Below are positions 1 to 14,275 of a stretch of DNA of 64,000 nt, piece by piece. The notes under the pieces are model-generated. The model was not told the origin of the DNA. It ran no database searches and worked only from the letters and a program-made list of their open reading frames with translations. Both the position numbers and the translations under genes were made by a program. Position 1 is the stretch's first letter, and each line of letters begins with the position of its first letter. Source of the DNA: Oopsacas minuta (lineage: Eukaryota; Animalia; Porifera); assembly GCA_024704765.1 (NCBI GenBank), contig JAKMXF010000304.1, positions 168,225 through 232,224 of the forward strand, in the 5' to 3' direction.

Positions 1-195
<195 letters not shown>

Positions 196-204
196 TAAGG
201 TAGT

Positions 205-423
205 AATGTTTCGTTCGGATTAGCGAAGTTTCTATTATATCTTACAGTACCATATCTGATTTGTAATACATATTACTTATATTTGTTCCTATAATTTTGA
301 GTTGCATAATGTTTATAATTCCCCATACAAATGTATTGCTTCACTAATCCGAACTAATTCGCTAATCGGAACAGATATTCCATGAATCGGAACACCTCTG
401 TTCGGATTAGCGAGGGTCTACTG
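205..423. mobile_element. One end of a pogo/Tigger-like (Tc1/mariner superfamily) non-autonomous element
   Basis: Ends ...GAGGGTCTACTG followed by TA (424-425), i.e. a CAGTAGACCCTC terminus on the minus strand. Internal repeated TTCGGATTAGCGA / CTAATCCGAA motifs. The other end was not found and is probably lost in the microsatellite. Confidence 0.6.
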
Positions 424-574
424 TATTATGATCAATGTGCAAGATCTCATGAGTATATTGTAAACCGATATGAAGAATCGATTGGAAATACATACGGTTA
501 TACCTTCATTCATTTTAGCGTAATTTCAAAGATGTAGGACTTTTAATGTTTATGATTTGATAATATATTTTTAG

Positions 575-1065
575 CACGCTTCGCTTGCTAGGTCGCGTGA
601 CAGCTTAGTGGCTCAGGTTAGCTAAGGTATTAAACAGGTACATTTTATGATCCTCTTGGTCGCTACCTTAGGGATATACTAGGCACTATGTACCTCTGTA
701 ATTTCAGTCGAAATTTGAATGTTTTATTAGCCATTGCCATCCAAATTCCATTTAATGGTATTCTGTGGTAGTACTGCAGCTCTTACGTGCCTTAGGTTAG
801 TAATCTAGGCCCTTTATGCCTCAAGTATTTAGAAATACTATAATTTTTCGAAATCAAGAAATTTTCATTTTTGTGTGCAGTTAATATGATATAATATTCC
901 CATGATGAGTTAGTTTTTGTTCAGAATCATGACGTTAGGACAATTGTCACATTGAAATGTAGCTGTGATTCAAATTTCAAACTTCCAAAATGTATATTGG
1001 CTGAGCAGTGGTTAATCATGTGATTTTTGAAATTCCAAAACAGTGACAATGACGTCATAATTTCG
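575..1065 (+). repeat. Dispersed repeat, copy A (homologous to 54858-55345)
   Basis: Colinear similarity by eye over about 490 bp, e.g. GCTTGCTAGGTCGC..GACAGCTTAGTG, GTATATTGGCT.A.CAGTGGTTAA, GTGA.AATGAC.TCATAA. Confidence 0.8.
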
Positions 1066-1971
1066 TCAGAAGAGTGAATTTTCGTCCAAGATTCGAAGAT
1101 TTCTGAGCCAGGCCGAAAATACCCCTGGGTCTCTTCAAGTTTCTTCTTTCAATTCTAGACGTACAACAATAATATACATATATGATATATATACTATAGT
1201 GCATCAGTTGCCCCATTTGTCTAAAAGCCACGTTGCTCACAATTTTCTACGTTATCTACGCTGTAGTGATTCATCATGGACAATTTCAATGATATCCATG
1301 AATATTTTGTTGCACTACAATATCTTTTTGTATTTCTGCTGGTTTTAGTGCTTTTTGACAGATGTTCGTCCAATTTTTAATGAAAAATGTAATGCGATCA
1401 TGTCTAGATTTCTGAAATTGCTCGCTGTTTTTCCGATATTGCATCTATTGATCAGGTTGCACAATTCAACCCGCCACTTTGTGAGGTGATCTTCCTTAGC
1501 CTGTTCACTTGTTTTCTTTGATGTATCCAACAGGATCTCTTTTATTATCCCGGTTACGGCTCTGTAATGTAACATCTAATTGAAACTCCGTAAAATAGTT
1601 CAATGGAATTCAGATACTACTTTTCATTATATAGTTTCTTGCTTATTCAATTGATATTTGGGTTATTTTGCGAAATTGGAGCTGGAGATGAATTTTGCGT
1701 TCATGTTTGCTCTGTTTGATCCTATTTCTGATATAGCAGGTTTTTATCAATTGGTAACCCTCAAAACTTATAGGTAAATACATTTTGATTTCTATCTCAA
1801 GGAGTTTATGGGATATCGCTTAGATGTTTATATTCATCCTAGATTAATCACATTCCATATACTTGCCAATTTCACGTTTGTAGCTCTTACCAATTCTTCA
1901 ATCACCTTTGACTAAACCATCGAGATTGAATTTATCAGATTTTCCAGTCGTCTATGCGAAACACGTGCCAT

Positions 1972-3960
1972 CCAAGCGCGGATCTAGTGGGGATAGGGGG
2001 ATATATCTCCCCACCAGACTTGATGATTCAATTATCCTGGAGTTATATTTCTTTTATCCTGACCAATTGTTCATAATCAGATATTTTCTCTCATTTTACT
2101 ATAAGAAATTACTCACATATTTCGTGTAATATAATGTCGCACCTGCATTAATTGAAAACTTATGGTAATTGACTTCCCCAATGTATAAGCTTTCGGTGGC
2201 GAGACATAATATCAGAGAAATTGCAATATAGTAGTGGTAACTTCAGTAATTTATATTACGGTTTGCACATTCTAGATTTCTATAGATTTATACTAATATG
2301 TTCTTTTCTTAATGGCGCATAAAAGGTCGAAGTTAACAGATTTCTTTCTGTCCAATCTATTTCTGCTAATACTGAAAGTGATAATTCAATTCGGATCCTT
2401 CAATTTCCAATCATGAGCATGCTTTATTTTCTCTGAACAATTATATAGACGTTTCTTTAAAAGAGAGTCTAATTGTTGTACAACTCGGTGCATATTTTGC
2501 TCGACCTTCATTTGTCTTTGATTCAAATCAACGATTTTACGATATTCCACATATCTACAGCTACAGGTATCTGGAGAATGATTGTATTTCAATCGTGCAA
2601 TAAAGCTATATAATGCGCAAAAATTGGAGCTATTAACTAACCATCGAATGCCTGATCATAATTTAAATACCCTTTTGGCGAGAAGATTATTGGTTCAACA
2701 TCCAAAGAACAAAGATAGGCATAAAGTGTATCTTATCTGCCTCACATCTAAGTGGTAAATACGATTGCTTCCAATATTCATTTATAATGGAAGGGGTTAT
2801 TATATTCCTTGTGCTATATTCTTTTCAATCGATGTTGAAAATGATAGGGGAAAGTTAACACAGTTAGGCTCATTAGTATTGAATCCTTTTCGGAGTTACC
2901 AAAAGATTCATAATAAGATAAAGGAGCATATCACGAAAGAGTATCATAATTTGGCACAAGAACATGCGGATTTTCTTATTTTTAATATGAGGAATTCTAC
3001 TAGTGTATCCAACTAATTTCTAACACACGGACTGAACTAGTGAAGGAAAATAGGGAACGACTTATTCCGATAATTAAGGCAATAATCTTTTGCGGAAGAT
3101 CGGGCATTTCTCTACGTGGCAATAGAGACGATGGCATTGTAGACTATGAAACTGATATATCAGTTAAATCTGGAAATTTTCGGGCATTGTTAGCACTCAG
3201 AGCTGATAGTAGCGATGTTTTATTGAAAAAACATTTAATAAATTGCAACAAGAATGCTACTTATATTTCAAAAACTATTCCAAACTATTAAATCGAATAT
3301 TGTGGTGAAGAAATATTAAAGGGCATTGCCTCAGAAGTTCACAAGTAGAACTTTTTCCACTATTAGCCGACGAAACTATTGATAGTTCTCATCAAAGACA
3401 GCTTTGTTTCTGTGTTCGATATTTAGGTGAGAATGTAAAAGAAGAATTTATATCATTCGATTTTATGGAATTTATAGATGCATTTCGATCTCTGAAGAAT
3501 TGATAACCAGAGTAAATTCCATTGGTTTGGACATTAGAAACTGTGTGGCATAATGTTATGATGGATGTTCAACTAGATGGCCATATATCTGCAGCTGCTA
3601 CACGAATTAGAGAACATGCTCCAATGACGATATATGTCCACTGCGCTAGCCAAAATTTGAAACTTGTCCTTATTGATACTTCAAAAATAACAGAAATTAA
3701 GCATATGTTCGACGTAGTTGATGGAACTATCAATTTTATTAATGACTCTGCAATAAGACGGAGTACCTTTAGGCAACACTTTATCTCATACTGTTCAACC
3801 AGATTCATCCAAAGGCATGATGCACTTATTAGATTTAGTCGAAAATTCATCTATCGTATTAGGAATGGAAAGATTACACAGGTCTACACTTTTTAGTTGT
3901 ATTGAGCTTGTCAACTGATATATACTTATTCTGTGTTGCTGATTCCGATTATTTAGTCAG
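1972..3960 (+). pseudogene. Decayed hAT transposase (THAP12/PRKRIR- or ZMYM1-like group) with a GC-rich hAT-type left end
   Basis: Fragments LIPIIKAIIFCGRSGISLRGNRDD, SGNFRALLALRA, KNATYISKT, LADET.D.SH.RQL, IYVHCASQNLKLV and CSTRFIQRHDA across several frames. Left end CAAGCGCGGATCTAGTGGGG at about 1972. Confidence 0.85.
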
Positions 3961-4189
3961 TTTCTCCCTAATACATCAAGTTATCTCACAATCCTATTAC
4001 TACATTTATAGAACAAAATTGGTTTCAACCCTTATATGTTAGATTGGATCAATTACATTTCTGAAAATATCTATATTTCATTCACTAAGAATAATGATAT
4101 AATTGTTACTAATATGAATGGAAGAATGTGATACTATAAACATGTAATATGAGCACATTCAATCTAAAAATTTTCTCTTGTTTGACTTT

Positions 4190-6035
4190 CTTGAATGTTA
4201 CTCGTTAGGACAATCTCTTTGGCACCAACAGTAATCTGCCATCATATGTGTGTCCCATCTTCCTTGATATCGCTGTTCCATCACTTTTATGTCTTGATGG
4301 AATTGTTCACCTTGTTCTTCACTCATATCACCCAGATTATCCGGAAATCTATCAAGATGGTCTCTCAAATAATGATTTTTAATACTCATATTATAGCCAA
4401 GAGCAGGATTGCTGTCGACTAACTCTGTGACTAGTTCTTTGTGATTGGATGCCTTTTTATTACCAAAGAAATTAGAAACGACATTAGAGAAGCCTGCCAC
4501 GCTCTCTTCTCTTCCTCATTCATTGAATCTTTGAAGCTGTTGTCCTTAAGTAACTTGCGAATCTGTGAACCTTCAAATATCCCTGCCTTTTTCTTGTCTT
4601 CATTGATTTCTGGGAAATAATTTCGGATATATTTGAAACAATATCTGTCTTTATCCAGTGCTTTGATGAATTGCTTCATTAAACCAAGCTTAGTGTGGAG
4701 AGGAGGAGAATTATTTTATTTGTATGTACCAGAAGGTTATTAATTACATTTTTGTCCCCAACTTTCAAACATTCTCTCGGAGGCCACTTTTCCCTTATCC
4801 AATGCTGGTTCCTATCTCTACTGTCCCAATAACAAAGAAAACAGGGGTACTTAGTGAAGCCAGATTGTTGTTTTAATAGAAAGTTGACCATTTTGAGATC
4901 AACACAGATGACCCAATCTTGTGCAGAGTAGTTAATAATCTCTAGTATCTCTTTCACATTATTGTACTCCCNNNNNNNNNNNNNNNNNNNNNNNNNNNNN
5001 NNNNNNNNNNNNNNNNNNNNNNNNNNNNNNNNNNNNNNNNNNNNNNNNNNNNNNNNNNNNNNNNNNNNNNNNNNNNNNNNNNNNNNNNNNNNNNNNNNNN
5101 NNNNNNNNNNNNNNNNNNNNNNNNNNNNNNNNNNNNNNNNNNNNNNNNNNNNNNNNNNNNNNNNNNNNNNNNNNNNNNNNNNNNNNNNNNNNNNNNNNNN
5201 NNNNNNNNNNNNNNNNNNNNNNNNNNNNNNNNNNNNNNNNNNNNNNNNNNNNNNNNNNNNNNNNNNNNNNNNNNNNNNNNNNNNNNNNNNNNNNNNNNNN
5301 NNNNNNNNNNNNNNNNNNNNNNNNNNNNNNNNNNNNNNNNNNNNNNNNNNNNNNNNNNNNNNNNNNNNNNNNNNNNNNNNNNNNNNNNNNNNNNNNNNNN
5401 NNNNNNNNNNNNNNNNNNNNNNNNNNNNNNNNNNNNNNNNNNNNNNNNNNNNNNNNNNNNNNNNNNNNNNNNNNNNNNNNNNNNNNNNNNNNNNNNNNNN
5501 NNNNNNNNNNNNNNNNNNNNNNNNNNNNNNNNNNNNNNNNNNNNNNNNNNNNNNNNNNNNNNNNNNNNNNNNNNNNNNNNNNNNNNNNNNNNNNNNNNNN
5601 NNNNNNNNNCATCACCATAGAGTCCGAGAAACTCTGTGATATTGGTACAGGTAGATCACTACAACGAGGGTCGAATAGCAGATTCTAAATTTGGGTAATT
5701 CAGTAGGTGCCTGTCACTCTTTTTGCAGCCCATAACCTTTACCATGCAGAAATAACAATCATCGAAATGATTTTTTGATTCTCTCCACATCATAGTTTTT
5801 CTGAAAGGAAGGTGTTTCTCTTTACCCTTACTCCAAGACCTCAATAATTCTACACAAGATTTACAGACCTTATGAGATGCCCAACTTTGTCTTGGTCGCC
5901 CAGCTTAACTTTGACATACGCATGGTAAGCTCTATTCACAAATTCAGTAATATTCTGCATCTGAGGTTTCGGAGTATCGAAACCACAAATATAACAAAAA
6001 ATGTCTGGAGAATTGAAACACTTTCTTTTCGACAT
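4190..6035 (-). pseudogene. Decayed Chapaev3-like DDE transposase (core motif order parallels Transib/RAG1), split by an assembly gap
   Basis: Frameshifted fragments CFNSPDIFCYICG, KLGDQDK, WRESKNHFDDCYFC, VDLKMVNFLL, GFTKYPCFLC, (PLH)IKLGLMKQFIKAL, NMSIKNHYL, EEQGEQFHQD, MMADYCW. The family name is from memory of these motifs. Confidence 0.75.
4972..5609. other. Assembly gap (638 N)
   Basis: Run of n. Confidence 1.
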
Positions 6036-7177
6036 ATCACCATAAAGAATACTAGACTAGTTAAAAACCAATAAGCAAATAAGACTATTTGAATATATAT
6101 ACTATGTACATAATGTTATTGTTGTAATATGAAATCATGATGGATCTTTGGCAAAAATCGAAATTTTTCTGAAAATGTAGCTATATTGTTGTGAAAAAAC
6201 CTGTTCTGATAAGTAAAACTGAATAGATATTCAGAATCAGCGCATCTAGATTAGTCTAAATCAGTAATCAATATATAAACAACTGCAATATAACATTTCT
6301 TGTAGGGCTGTGTTATCATTAAGTATCTTAACTGAAATTTGTGTACAAATATGCTATATCCCTGTACTTCTCTACAGTGCAACAAAAATGCGCAAAATCT
6401 TTGTATGGTTACCCATTAGCAGTAAGTATATGTTATGCTTGCCAACTGTCTCGATTGCCACAATCGTTTTTGATTTCCGAAGCAATATATTTAGCGAGAT
6501 ATTGACTTCTAAAACCTAATTGACACACAATGTACACTAACTTCCAGTTTTGTTTATCCAAGTCTAAGAGTCAGTATTGTTGTGAAATATAACGAGGATC
6601 CGGATTAAATAACCGAGCCAGTTGTACCTATCGACGGCCCTGCCTACACTCTTCCGAAAATTCGGGATGGGGCAAGACCCGACAAACTAGGCACTAAGAA
6701 ATGGTGACACCAAAACTAATCGAGCACACTTAACATATACGTTTGATCATTTTCTCTTCTACTATTATGTAAAATATTGTTCAGTGTTTTAATGCTCTGT
6801 CGGTGTATATAATGACAAAGGAGGTAGTTGATTTCAAACCATGCTTTTGTATGAATTGAAGGTGAATACATTTCTGTGTTGCTAAGAAAACCTGTTTGGA
6901 TTTGTTGAACTAGAACCCAGAACTATAAATGCTATGGCTCTCAAATTTACTCCAATAGTTTTGTAATAGTCAACTTCATATTCATTAATAATATATTTCA
7001 TTTGATTTCACTTGATATTTGATATATTTTGACATTTCTCATGTATTTTATGACTACCATCTATATAGCAAATGTTTAATATCTCAAAAAGTATTAACAA
7101 TAAGCAGATGAACTATATCATTAGTGTAAAGGAAGTCGACTATTACAATAATACCGGGAACAATTTTAGAGCCATAG

Positions 7178-8460
7178 CACAGTGGGAAAATAGGTGGAAG
7201 TTGAGATAATTTGACATCATTGATTATTTGGACCCCATCTTCATTATTTACTAGAAATCTAAACTTTGTGTAAGTGAGTCCTCAACTCATTGAGTTATGG
7301 TACATACTTAAGAGTGTAAAAAATCAATTTTCGGAAATGGTAACTTGTTGTTTCATAATCACTTCCGTGTTATTTTTATATCTTATTTTAGGTATGATTA
7401 ATAGCTTTGAACTTTAGTTCATTTTTATTCAAAATCTAGAGTCCCTATTGGAATTATAAGAGTTAGTTTTGATTTTCAAACCTTTCCAAAATATTGCCTG
7501 TAAATGAGTCGAAATATCAGTTTCGGACATGAGCGCGCCTTGCATTCAAGGTCCTCAGACTTATCTTAATCAGTAGTTACTACAAATTTATAGAAGGCTA
7601 AACATATTGCCGTTAATAATATGTTATTTCTAGACTCTCCCAAAGGTGCCCAAAATACAATTATTTGTCTGCAAATCACTTCTAAAAGTTTAGTAAATCG
7701 AATTTGAATATACAGTAGAATCTCGTTAATATGAACACGGTTAAGGAGTACCTCTGGATTAGAAGTACAATTTGTACGCTTTATCAGTCCCTTTCGATGC
7801 CTTTTCAATGTAAATTTTTTCGGACTATACGTACTACGAATATGGAATACGAAATTTGGTAGTCCCCTGGTGTACTTATTAACCAGAGTCTACTGACGTG
7901 TATTTGAATAATAAAGGCTAAATATGGATGATTTGGGAGTTATTTGTGTTAGAGTGAATATAGATTAGTTCTATTCATTTCAAAACCCTTTATCAAGCTG
8001 GCAATTCAAAATAGTGTCCTTGTGATCAATCCTGAAACTGTATGAGCACGTTTACAAACGATGAAAGCCAGCTGTATCTGCATTCATTGAAGTATTTTCC
8101 TGATGTTCTATTAGTTATTTTTGCCTTACCAATACATATTCTAATCTAACATCGTTATGATCTTCTTATAATACGAGAGCGTGAGGATATATCAGTGTAA
8201 ACTTGGATTTTTCGAAATGTCACCACATTATTTATTCATTTTGGTAACTAATAGGTTTCCAAAATTCATTTAATATCAAACCACAAACGTTAACCTTGTA
8301 CGTATCTATGAAATCGCAATAACTGAATGAAGGTATAATCGGCCTTAAATTTTGACTTTTCTAACCGATTTCTTTACATCGATTTACTATACCCACAATT
8401 CCAAACACTATGGTGGTACTTAAATGCCTATTTTCCCTAAAGTGCATGTTTTTTCCCACT
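7178..8460. mobile_element. Possible non-autonomous Transib-type element (heptamer left end, degenerate right end)
   Basis: Left end CACAGTGGGAAAATAGG at 7178. At 8424-8460, AAATGCCTATTTTCC...TTTTCCCACT resembles the right end of the 19557-22555 element (AAAATGCCTATTTCC...GCCACTGTG), but the terminal GTG is missing and there is no TSD. Confidence 0.4.
7713..7895. mobile_element. 183-bp Tc1/pogo-type MITE
   Basis: TIRs CAGTAGAATCTCGTTAAT and ATTAACCAGAGTCTACTG. TA on the left; the right TA is not preserved. Confidence 0.75.
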
Positions 8461-8924
8461 TTACATGGCATTCATAGTCTGAGTTATAGCTTAAATAAAC
8501 GGAAATACATTTGCTTAACAATAATGGAATGTGTTCACAATCCATTAAAATCAACCATCGTTTTAAAATATGCTATTTTCCTTTGTCGTTATATGGAACT
8601 TTCAGGCATTAAAACCACCGAAAACATGGTTTAAATACAGTTTATAGAGCAGAACTTTCGTTATAACAATAGCTCTTGTAAAACCACATCGTAAGAAATC
8701 ATATTTTAGACAATTGAATGTACACTTCGATATCATATATCCCTATATATCATTAGTACATACCTCAGGTCTAGAATATATATTTCTCGAGTTATGTGAC
8801 CAAAACACATTTGTGTTGGCCTTCTTGTTCTTGATATTTTGGCCTTTTTGGAGGTTGTATCGTATTACTTCTCTTAGAATGATAATTTATAATCTGAAGT
8901 ATAACGGGTAATATTTCCGCTACT

Positions 8925-9010
8925 CAGGGGCATAGATCCCGGGGGATCTGGAGATATATCCCTCACTTATAAGCTTGGAGGGGATGCTCTATGTAATCAT
9001 CTCCCTGCAT
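8925..9010 (+). mobile_element. Isolated hAT-type GC-rich element end
   Basis: CAGGGGCATAGATCCCGGGGGGATCTGGAGATATATCCC resembles the end at 1972-2010, which has GGGGGATATATCTCCCC. Confidence 0.45.
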
Positions 9011-11479
9011 TTTCACTTTTGAGATTTGCCTACATGATTTTTGCTCTTCAATCCTTTGAGTTCCAGCAGATTATCCTCTTGCTATATTCAAATTATAATG
9101 TTCTCGAGTATAATTTCAAAGATTTGTATCTGCATATAGTGAAAAGTCGAGTGCGTATGCGCATTCAATTTTTTACAGGCCTATCAGAATACTTATAATT
9201 TAACAAATTTTCTATGATTACCTAATATTTGGTCAAGGTTTTTAACTAAGGTTCGAATTCAATAATTAGCCTGTTTTGACTACTTATTGGACTAATTTGG
9301 GCTTACAACATTCAGTATAACTCAAATGACAAAGACCAATGCCCGCGCGATGTTATAAAGACATTGAATCGTTTTAGTGATGTAACAGGACAATATGTAT
9401 GCGTAGTTTTTACTTGGGCAGCTGGGCTATCAACTATGGGAAATAACTCATTTAAGCACTGTATTAATCAGAACTCACAAGTAATATGGAATATCCTATC
9501 TTGTTCTAACGGATTAAATGATTCAATTCCAGTTCAGGACCTAGAGGTGACTACAAGTTGGAAGGTAATCTATCACAGATCATTATAAAGTCCTTAATAA
9601 GAGTAATTTCTTGGGTCATACAGAAATCCCTTGGTGGGTAAGTTAGGAAATACGTTCATACCAACAGTCCAGCTTTTCATGAATCAAGTTTTCAAGTTTG
9701 AAATCACATAACAATAAACGTTTTGTGGATAGGACCCAAAAGTTTTAATTAAGCACTATTTATTTTTAGGAACATTACGTCTTTTGGGGGAAGTTTAACA
9801 TAAACCCAATCTGGTAGCCTGCACATATCCCATATCTGATGGTTACCAAAGGAAATTTTAAAAGGCCAAGTTAGTGCATACAGATGTTGCAATAGCGAAC
9901 CCACAGCATTGCCCGAGATTTAGCAGTCACGTGATAGATTTCCTCAACTTTCACGAGGAAGTGGTCCTACATCAAATGTAAATGATTCAATTTTTTCCTC
10001 ATCTAGAGACGAGACGTATTCTGGCAGTGTGGATGATGATGAAAATTACACTAATTGTGATATTTTACCTGAAGATGGGACTTTAATCCAACTCTAATGA
10101 TGATTTCTTACCTGTGCTGACAGGGAATCAAGATAGCAGGACCGATTTTAACCAGCCCATAACACTATTCAGCTCCGGCATCTTCTATCGCTATCCTAAG
10201 TGATGGCATGTGCCCTACCCTACAAGTAGAATTCCAGGCTATTCAGCCAAGTGTTAAGACCGACGTTTTGAACATTCTTTCAAACCCAAGTGCATTTATC
10301 ACAGGAATTTGCATCAACAGTTTCATGGTTGTCCTTATCTTAACGTATTCCTTAGCCAGTTCACTTTTTACACTCTCATATTATTAGGACCTAGTAAAGA
10401 TGAGCTATCCTACAACACTTGGATTGCAGGATACAATTTTAGCTAAAGTGAATCTTTTGACTCTATTTCTTCGTAATAACCATCTAAGTTTAGGCATCTC
10501 CTTTACAAATTATACATATTGTGTTTTATAGAATCGTCAATTTACAAAGGCCCCAAATAAAAGCATCCAGATCCATCACGATGAAAATCTGCATTGGGTC
10601 TGCTCAAGAATTACGACAGAAGGAATTCTCCTGTATGATTCCTACTACTTAGGTAAAACCACCGAAGAACTTTATATTCAAGTTGCCCTCCTGTATGCAC
10701 TAATCAATATGTGTTGAAAGTCATAGTAGTACCTAGCAACAACAATAACAACAACGAGGGAGCGCAGATTGCGGCATATTTGCAGCTGCTGTTTGTTTGG
10801 CGAAAGTGTCTGGCGAAGATCCAGGAAAGATTAGATTACGTCAGGCTAACATGAGGAAGCATTTGACAATGGCATCGAGTCTGAGTTTGCAACACCATTT
10901 CCAACAATACGACCAGCCAACGTTAATGCATTTCTTATGGGCACAATATTTATTGAATTCTGGTGTGTATGTAGGCTGCCAGAATTTGCTTTCGAGACAT
11001 GGTAAAATATCCTAAGTGTGAAAGGTGGTTCCACAAGCCTAGTGTAGGCCTACCAGACGACAAGAACACAGTGGCGAAAGTTAATTGTCCTATTTGCCCT
11101 TCCACCAGTTAAATAGCTAATTTTGTATTCACTTATACTATATAGTTATATGTAAGTCATAGGTATGTAGCATATACTTGCTTATTATTCATTCCTACTT
11201 ATATTGTAGCCAAATTATATCTAGTGGTTATATAATCTATTCCTTATAAAATTAAAACTCAATGATTTGTTTTGTTTGTCCAATTGGGGGTGGGAATGAC
11301 GTTTCTATTCGTTTCTATTTTCATAGAACGACGATGAGGAGGTAGATATCCCAATGTGTATTTCCTAGGATAGTTTCAAGGCAGTCAAACATATTTCTGT
11401 AGTTACTATTAGTCATACGGTCCAACAATTGTAATACACATAAATACTTAACTAGTTTCCGAGAGTATATAATTCTTTG

Positions 11480-13320
11480 CCCAAGTTATCCAGCATCTGT
11501 TGATTTAGCAGCTAAAAAGTAACGTGTATTGAAGAATACATTTTCTATCCTCATGTAGCTGATTTGAGTTGATATTCGACATAAAACTGAGAAAAGCTGT
11601 TCACAGACTTGAGAGTTGATCAACTTTACATCTTTTGTTTGGATAGATTTCATTGAGTATGGGCGGCTGCAACCCTGGATTGCACAGCGGAGTATGTCTA
11701 CTAAAAAGGTCACGTCCCGGAATAGAGCAGGAACTCTAAATTATACTTCCTGTCAAGCTAATTAAAATAAAATATGCGCAACATGTACATTTGTTAGGTT
11801 TTCGTGTCGTATATATGAACTTCAATACTCAGCAATAGTTCACACATCCTTACCTCATTAAACAAGTTGTATGTAAGTTACAAGCGTCATCATAAATGGT
11901 CATTTTGGGTGGTCTCTTGAAAATGCTTATCAACTTATTATAAACTACTGTAGTAGGTCCTCTTTCTCTTAGGATCTAAAATCCATAGCAGACTTAATGT
12001 TTGCATGTCATTACCAGCATTCCTGGAGAGAATCTACTATATTCAGGATAGATTTTGGAACATTTACCCGTGATTTCTTCCTTCTCTAGCTCGACATCAT
12101 AAAGTGGAATCCTATATAGATGGAAATCATTGTACAAGATGTTCTCTGAACTTCATGAATTTATCTAATAGTACTTACTTGTAAGTTATCGGCAATGCAG
12201 GGCAATAAATGAAATATGAGTTATCTGGATTTTCATATTCAACAAGTTGACGTGTTTGCTTTTAAATAAATTGTCTATATTTTTGTTAGAATCGCAGTGA
12301 AAAGGGGGACAAGTGTTTAGTGAATTGCTATGTGTCCTTCATCATTCTTACTGGATTGAAGTGAATCGAATATTTGTTTCACTGAATTCATCTTGACGTA
12401 TATTTGCTGTGGGTCATTTAGGGGAGATGTTCTCCCTTTGATAGCAGGACCAGATATTTTCGCTCTTGTTTAGTAAGTAATGAACATTGAAATATTCTTC
12501 ATATGACCGATGGTGAACTCAGCAAATTAACGGCCTCATTTACTCGGGAGAGTCCTTATGAACCATTCTATGCTCATCAATTTCTACACTGCTGTACGAT
12601 ATATAATTGAAGAACTCTTGACTACTGATACGATTTAACATTTCATTGAAACTGGCCACTGTTAGCCCGCTTGAACAATAATCCATTAACTTCTTGCATG
12701 TCGCAGAGTTTGAAATAAATATTCGATCGTGCATAGGGACGATGTGGAATTTTGATGGTCGTCTGTAGTATTGGAGATTTTAGGGATATGTTTCAATGTT
12801 CCCAATGTTATTACATCGAATACAACTACTTCTAGATTATCTTTGCAAATGTGGCAAGTAAAACATGTAATCTAATCGAGATTGACCATCCTCAAGTAGG
12901 CGTTCCAGCTGTGTTTCATAATATGATACTGATAACGTTGTATGTTTCCTCTTCTGTGTAAGACATTATTCTTAGCTCCATAAAAGGTTATAAAATAAAC
13001 TATTTCGGTATCCAAATACTGTAAATTAAGTTTACATTGACGGTTGCGTTATGGGAAACAAAACTATGAAAATAAAAGTTCAGGAAATGAACACCCTGGG
13101 ACTTTCTTATGTCCTTTGTAATAGAAGTAAAGTCTAACCTTAAATATCCATTTAGACAGTTTCTGGAGGAGGTCATAAATTCATTATACTCGTATAGTAG
13201 ATCGTAATGTACATAATAACGAATGTTTAGATTGAGCAGAAGTCTGGTATTATCTTCAAAATATGCTTTGCATGTGCATAGCCCTTCACATGTGGAATTG
13301 TGAACTTGCAAAAGTATTAC
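11480..13320 (-). pseudogene. KDZ (Kyakuja-Dileera-Zisupton) transposase relic with a retained intron
   Basis: Minus strand reads SRFSPGMLVMTCKH*VCYGF*...PPKMTIYDDACNLHTTCLMR, then a GT-AG intron (11736-11853), then VPALFRDVTFLVD...GCSRPYSM...INSQVCEQLFS. This is the KDZ core motif order. Cys-rich fragments lie upstream (CEGLCTC, 13000-13311). Confidence 0.75.
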
Positions 13321-13719
13321 TTCATAATTAAGTACATAAGTACACTACAGTACAATTATAAGATGAGAAATATAATTGCTAGAACCTACCTTCATGTTCA
13401 AGCAGTTGAGAAACTTTCCTAGCAGTATAGATAACAATCCCTTTCATCTCCAATGTCTTATTTTTGTTAATTAACCTGTGTCCATTTTTCACAAAATTCT
13501 CTTTCTTGAACTAGCATGCTCGATAGATTTAGATCTTCACATTTTTGTTTATATTGATTAACAAAAATCATACGTTCATTATAGGCGATTAGTATAAGGG
13601 GAGTAGATACAGTTAGATATGTGATTCCTTTCCTCAACCGTTAGTGTGTTTAAATTACATTTGTTTAGGAAAGATTTCAGAACAGATGATTTCCAATATT
13701 TACTCGAACACGTGTTACG

Positions 13720-14275
13720 CTGTTTGGGTCGCTTATAGGGCCTAACTCCCAAATCTTTTTTAAATAGCGATGAATGGTGTCTTTTGAGATAGGAGCATAC
13801 GTTCTGGTAATTTGTTTAGCAATACATCGCGTTGACTTGTGTCGTTTTCCAAGAGATTTTGCAATAATGATTTTGGACCGCCTTTTTAGCTTTTTGGACC
13901 TTCCAGCCTCCTTTGTATGTTGGAGGTCTTTTGAAGAATTATACCGTGCCAACCATCTTCGAACTGTTCGGATATCCTTTCCATGTTTGTTTGCTACATA
14001 GTTCTGAGTAGAACCTGCGAGTAACACACCGATACCACGATTTCTAATCTGTAATTTATCTCCATTGACATCCATATTGGGCAATGAATCAAGTCGGGTA
14101 AAGAGAACAAAATTTTTTAAAATATTTATAAAATTGCAGCTATAATACTTCGAGTTGAATAACAGTTATATTTCAATCCTTCGATCGCCATAACTAATGT
14201 CTATACTGTTTTAAGGTTCAGTTATTACATATTTTGTGCTATAGCGCAATAGGGCAATAATTTTGAAACACCCTG
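13720..14275 (-). mobile_element. 5-prime part of a Tc1-like element (HTH region only)
   Basis: Minus-strand terminus TA-CAGGGTGTTTCAAAATTATTGCCC at 14275. The ORF has HTH-type sequence (STQNYVANKHGKDIRTVRRWL...AGRSKKL) and is truncated before the DDE core. Confidence 0.8.

Noticed and set aside
4959-5639. Long ORFs across the first N run
   Set aside because: Artefacts of the assembly gap.
9300-10800. Penelope-like reverse transcriptase relic on the minus strand
   Set aside because: Only faint motif echoes (QCCGFAIAT, VKTTHT) and no YxDD box; too weak to call.
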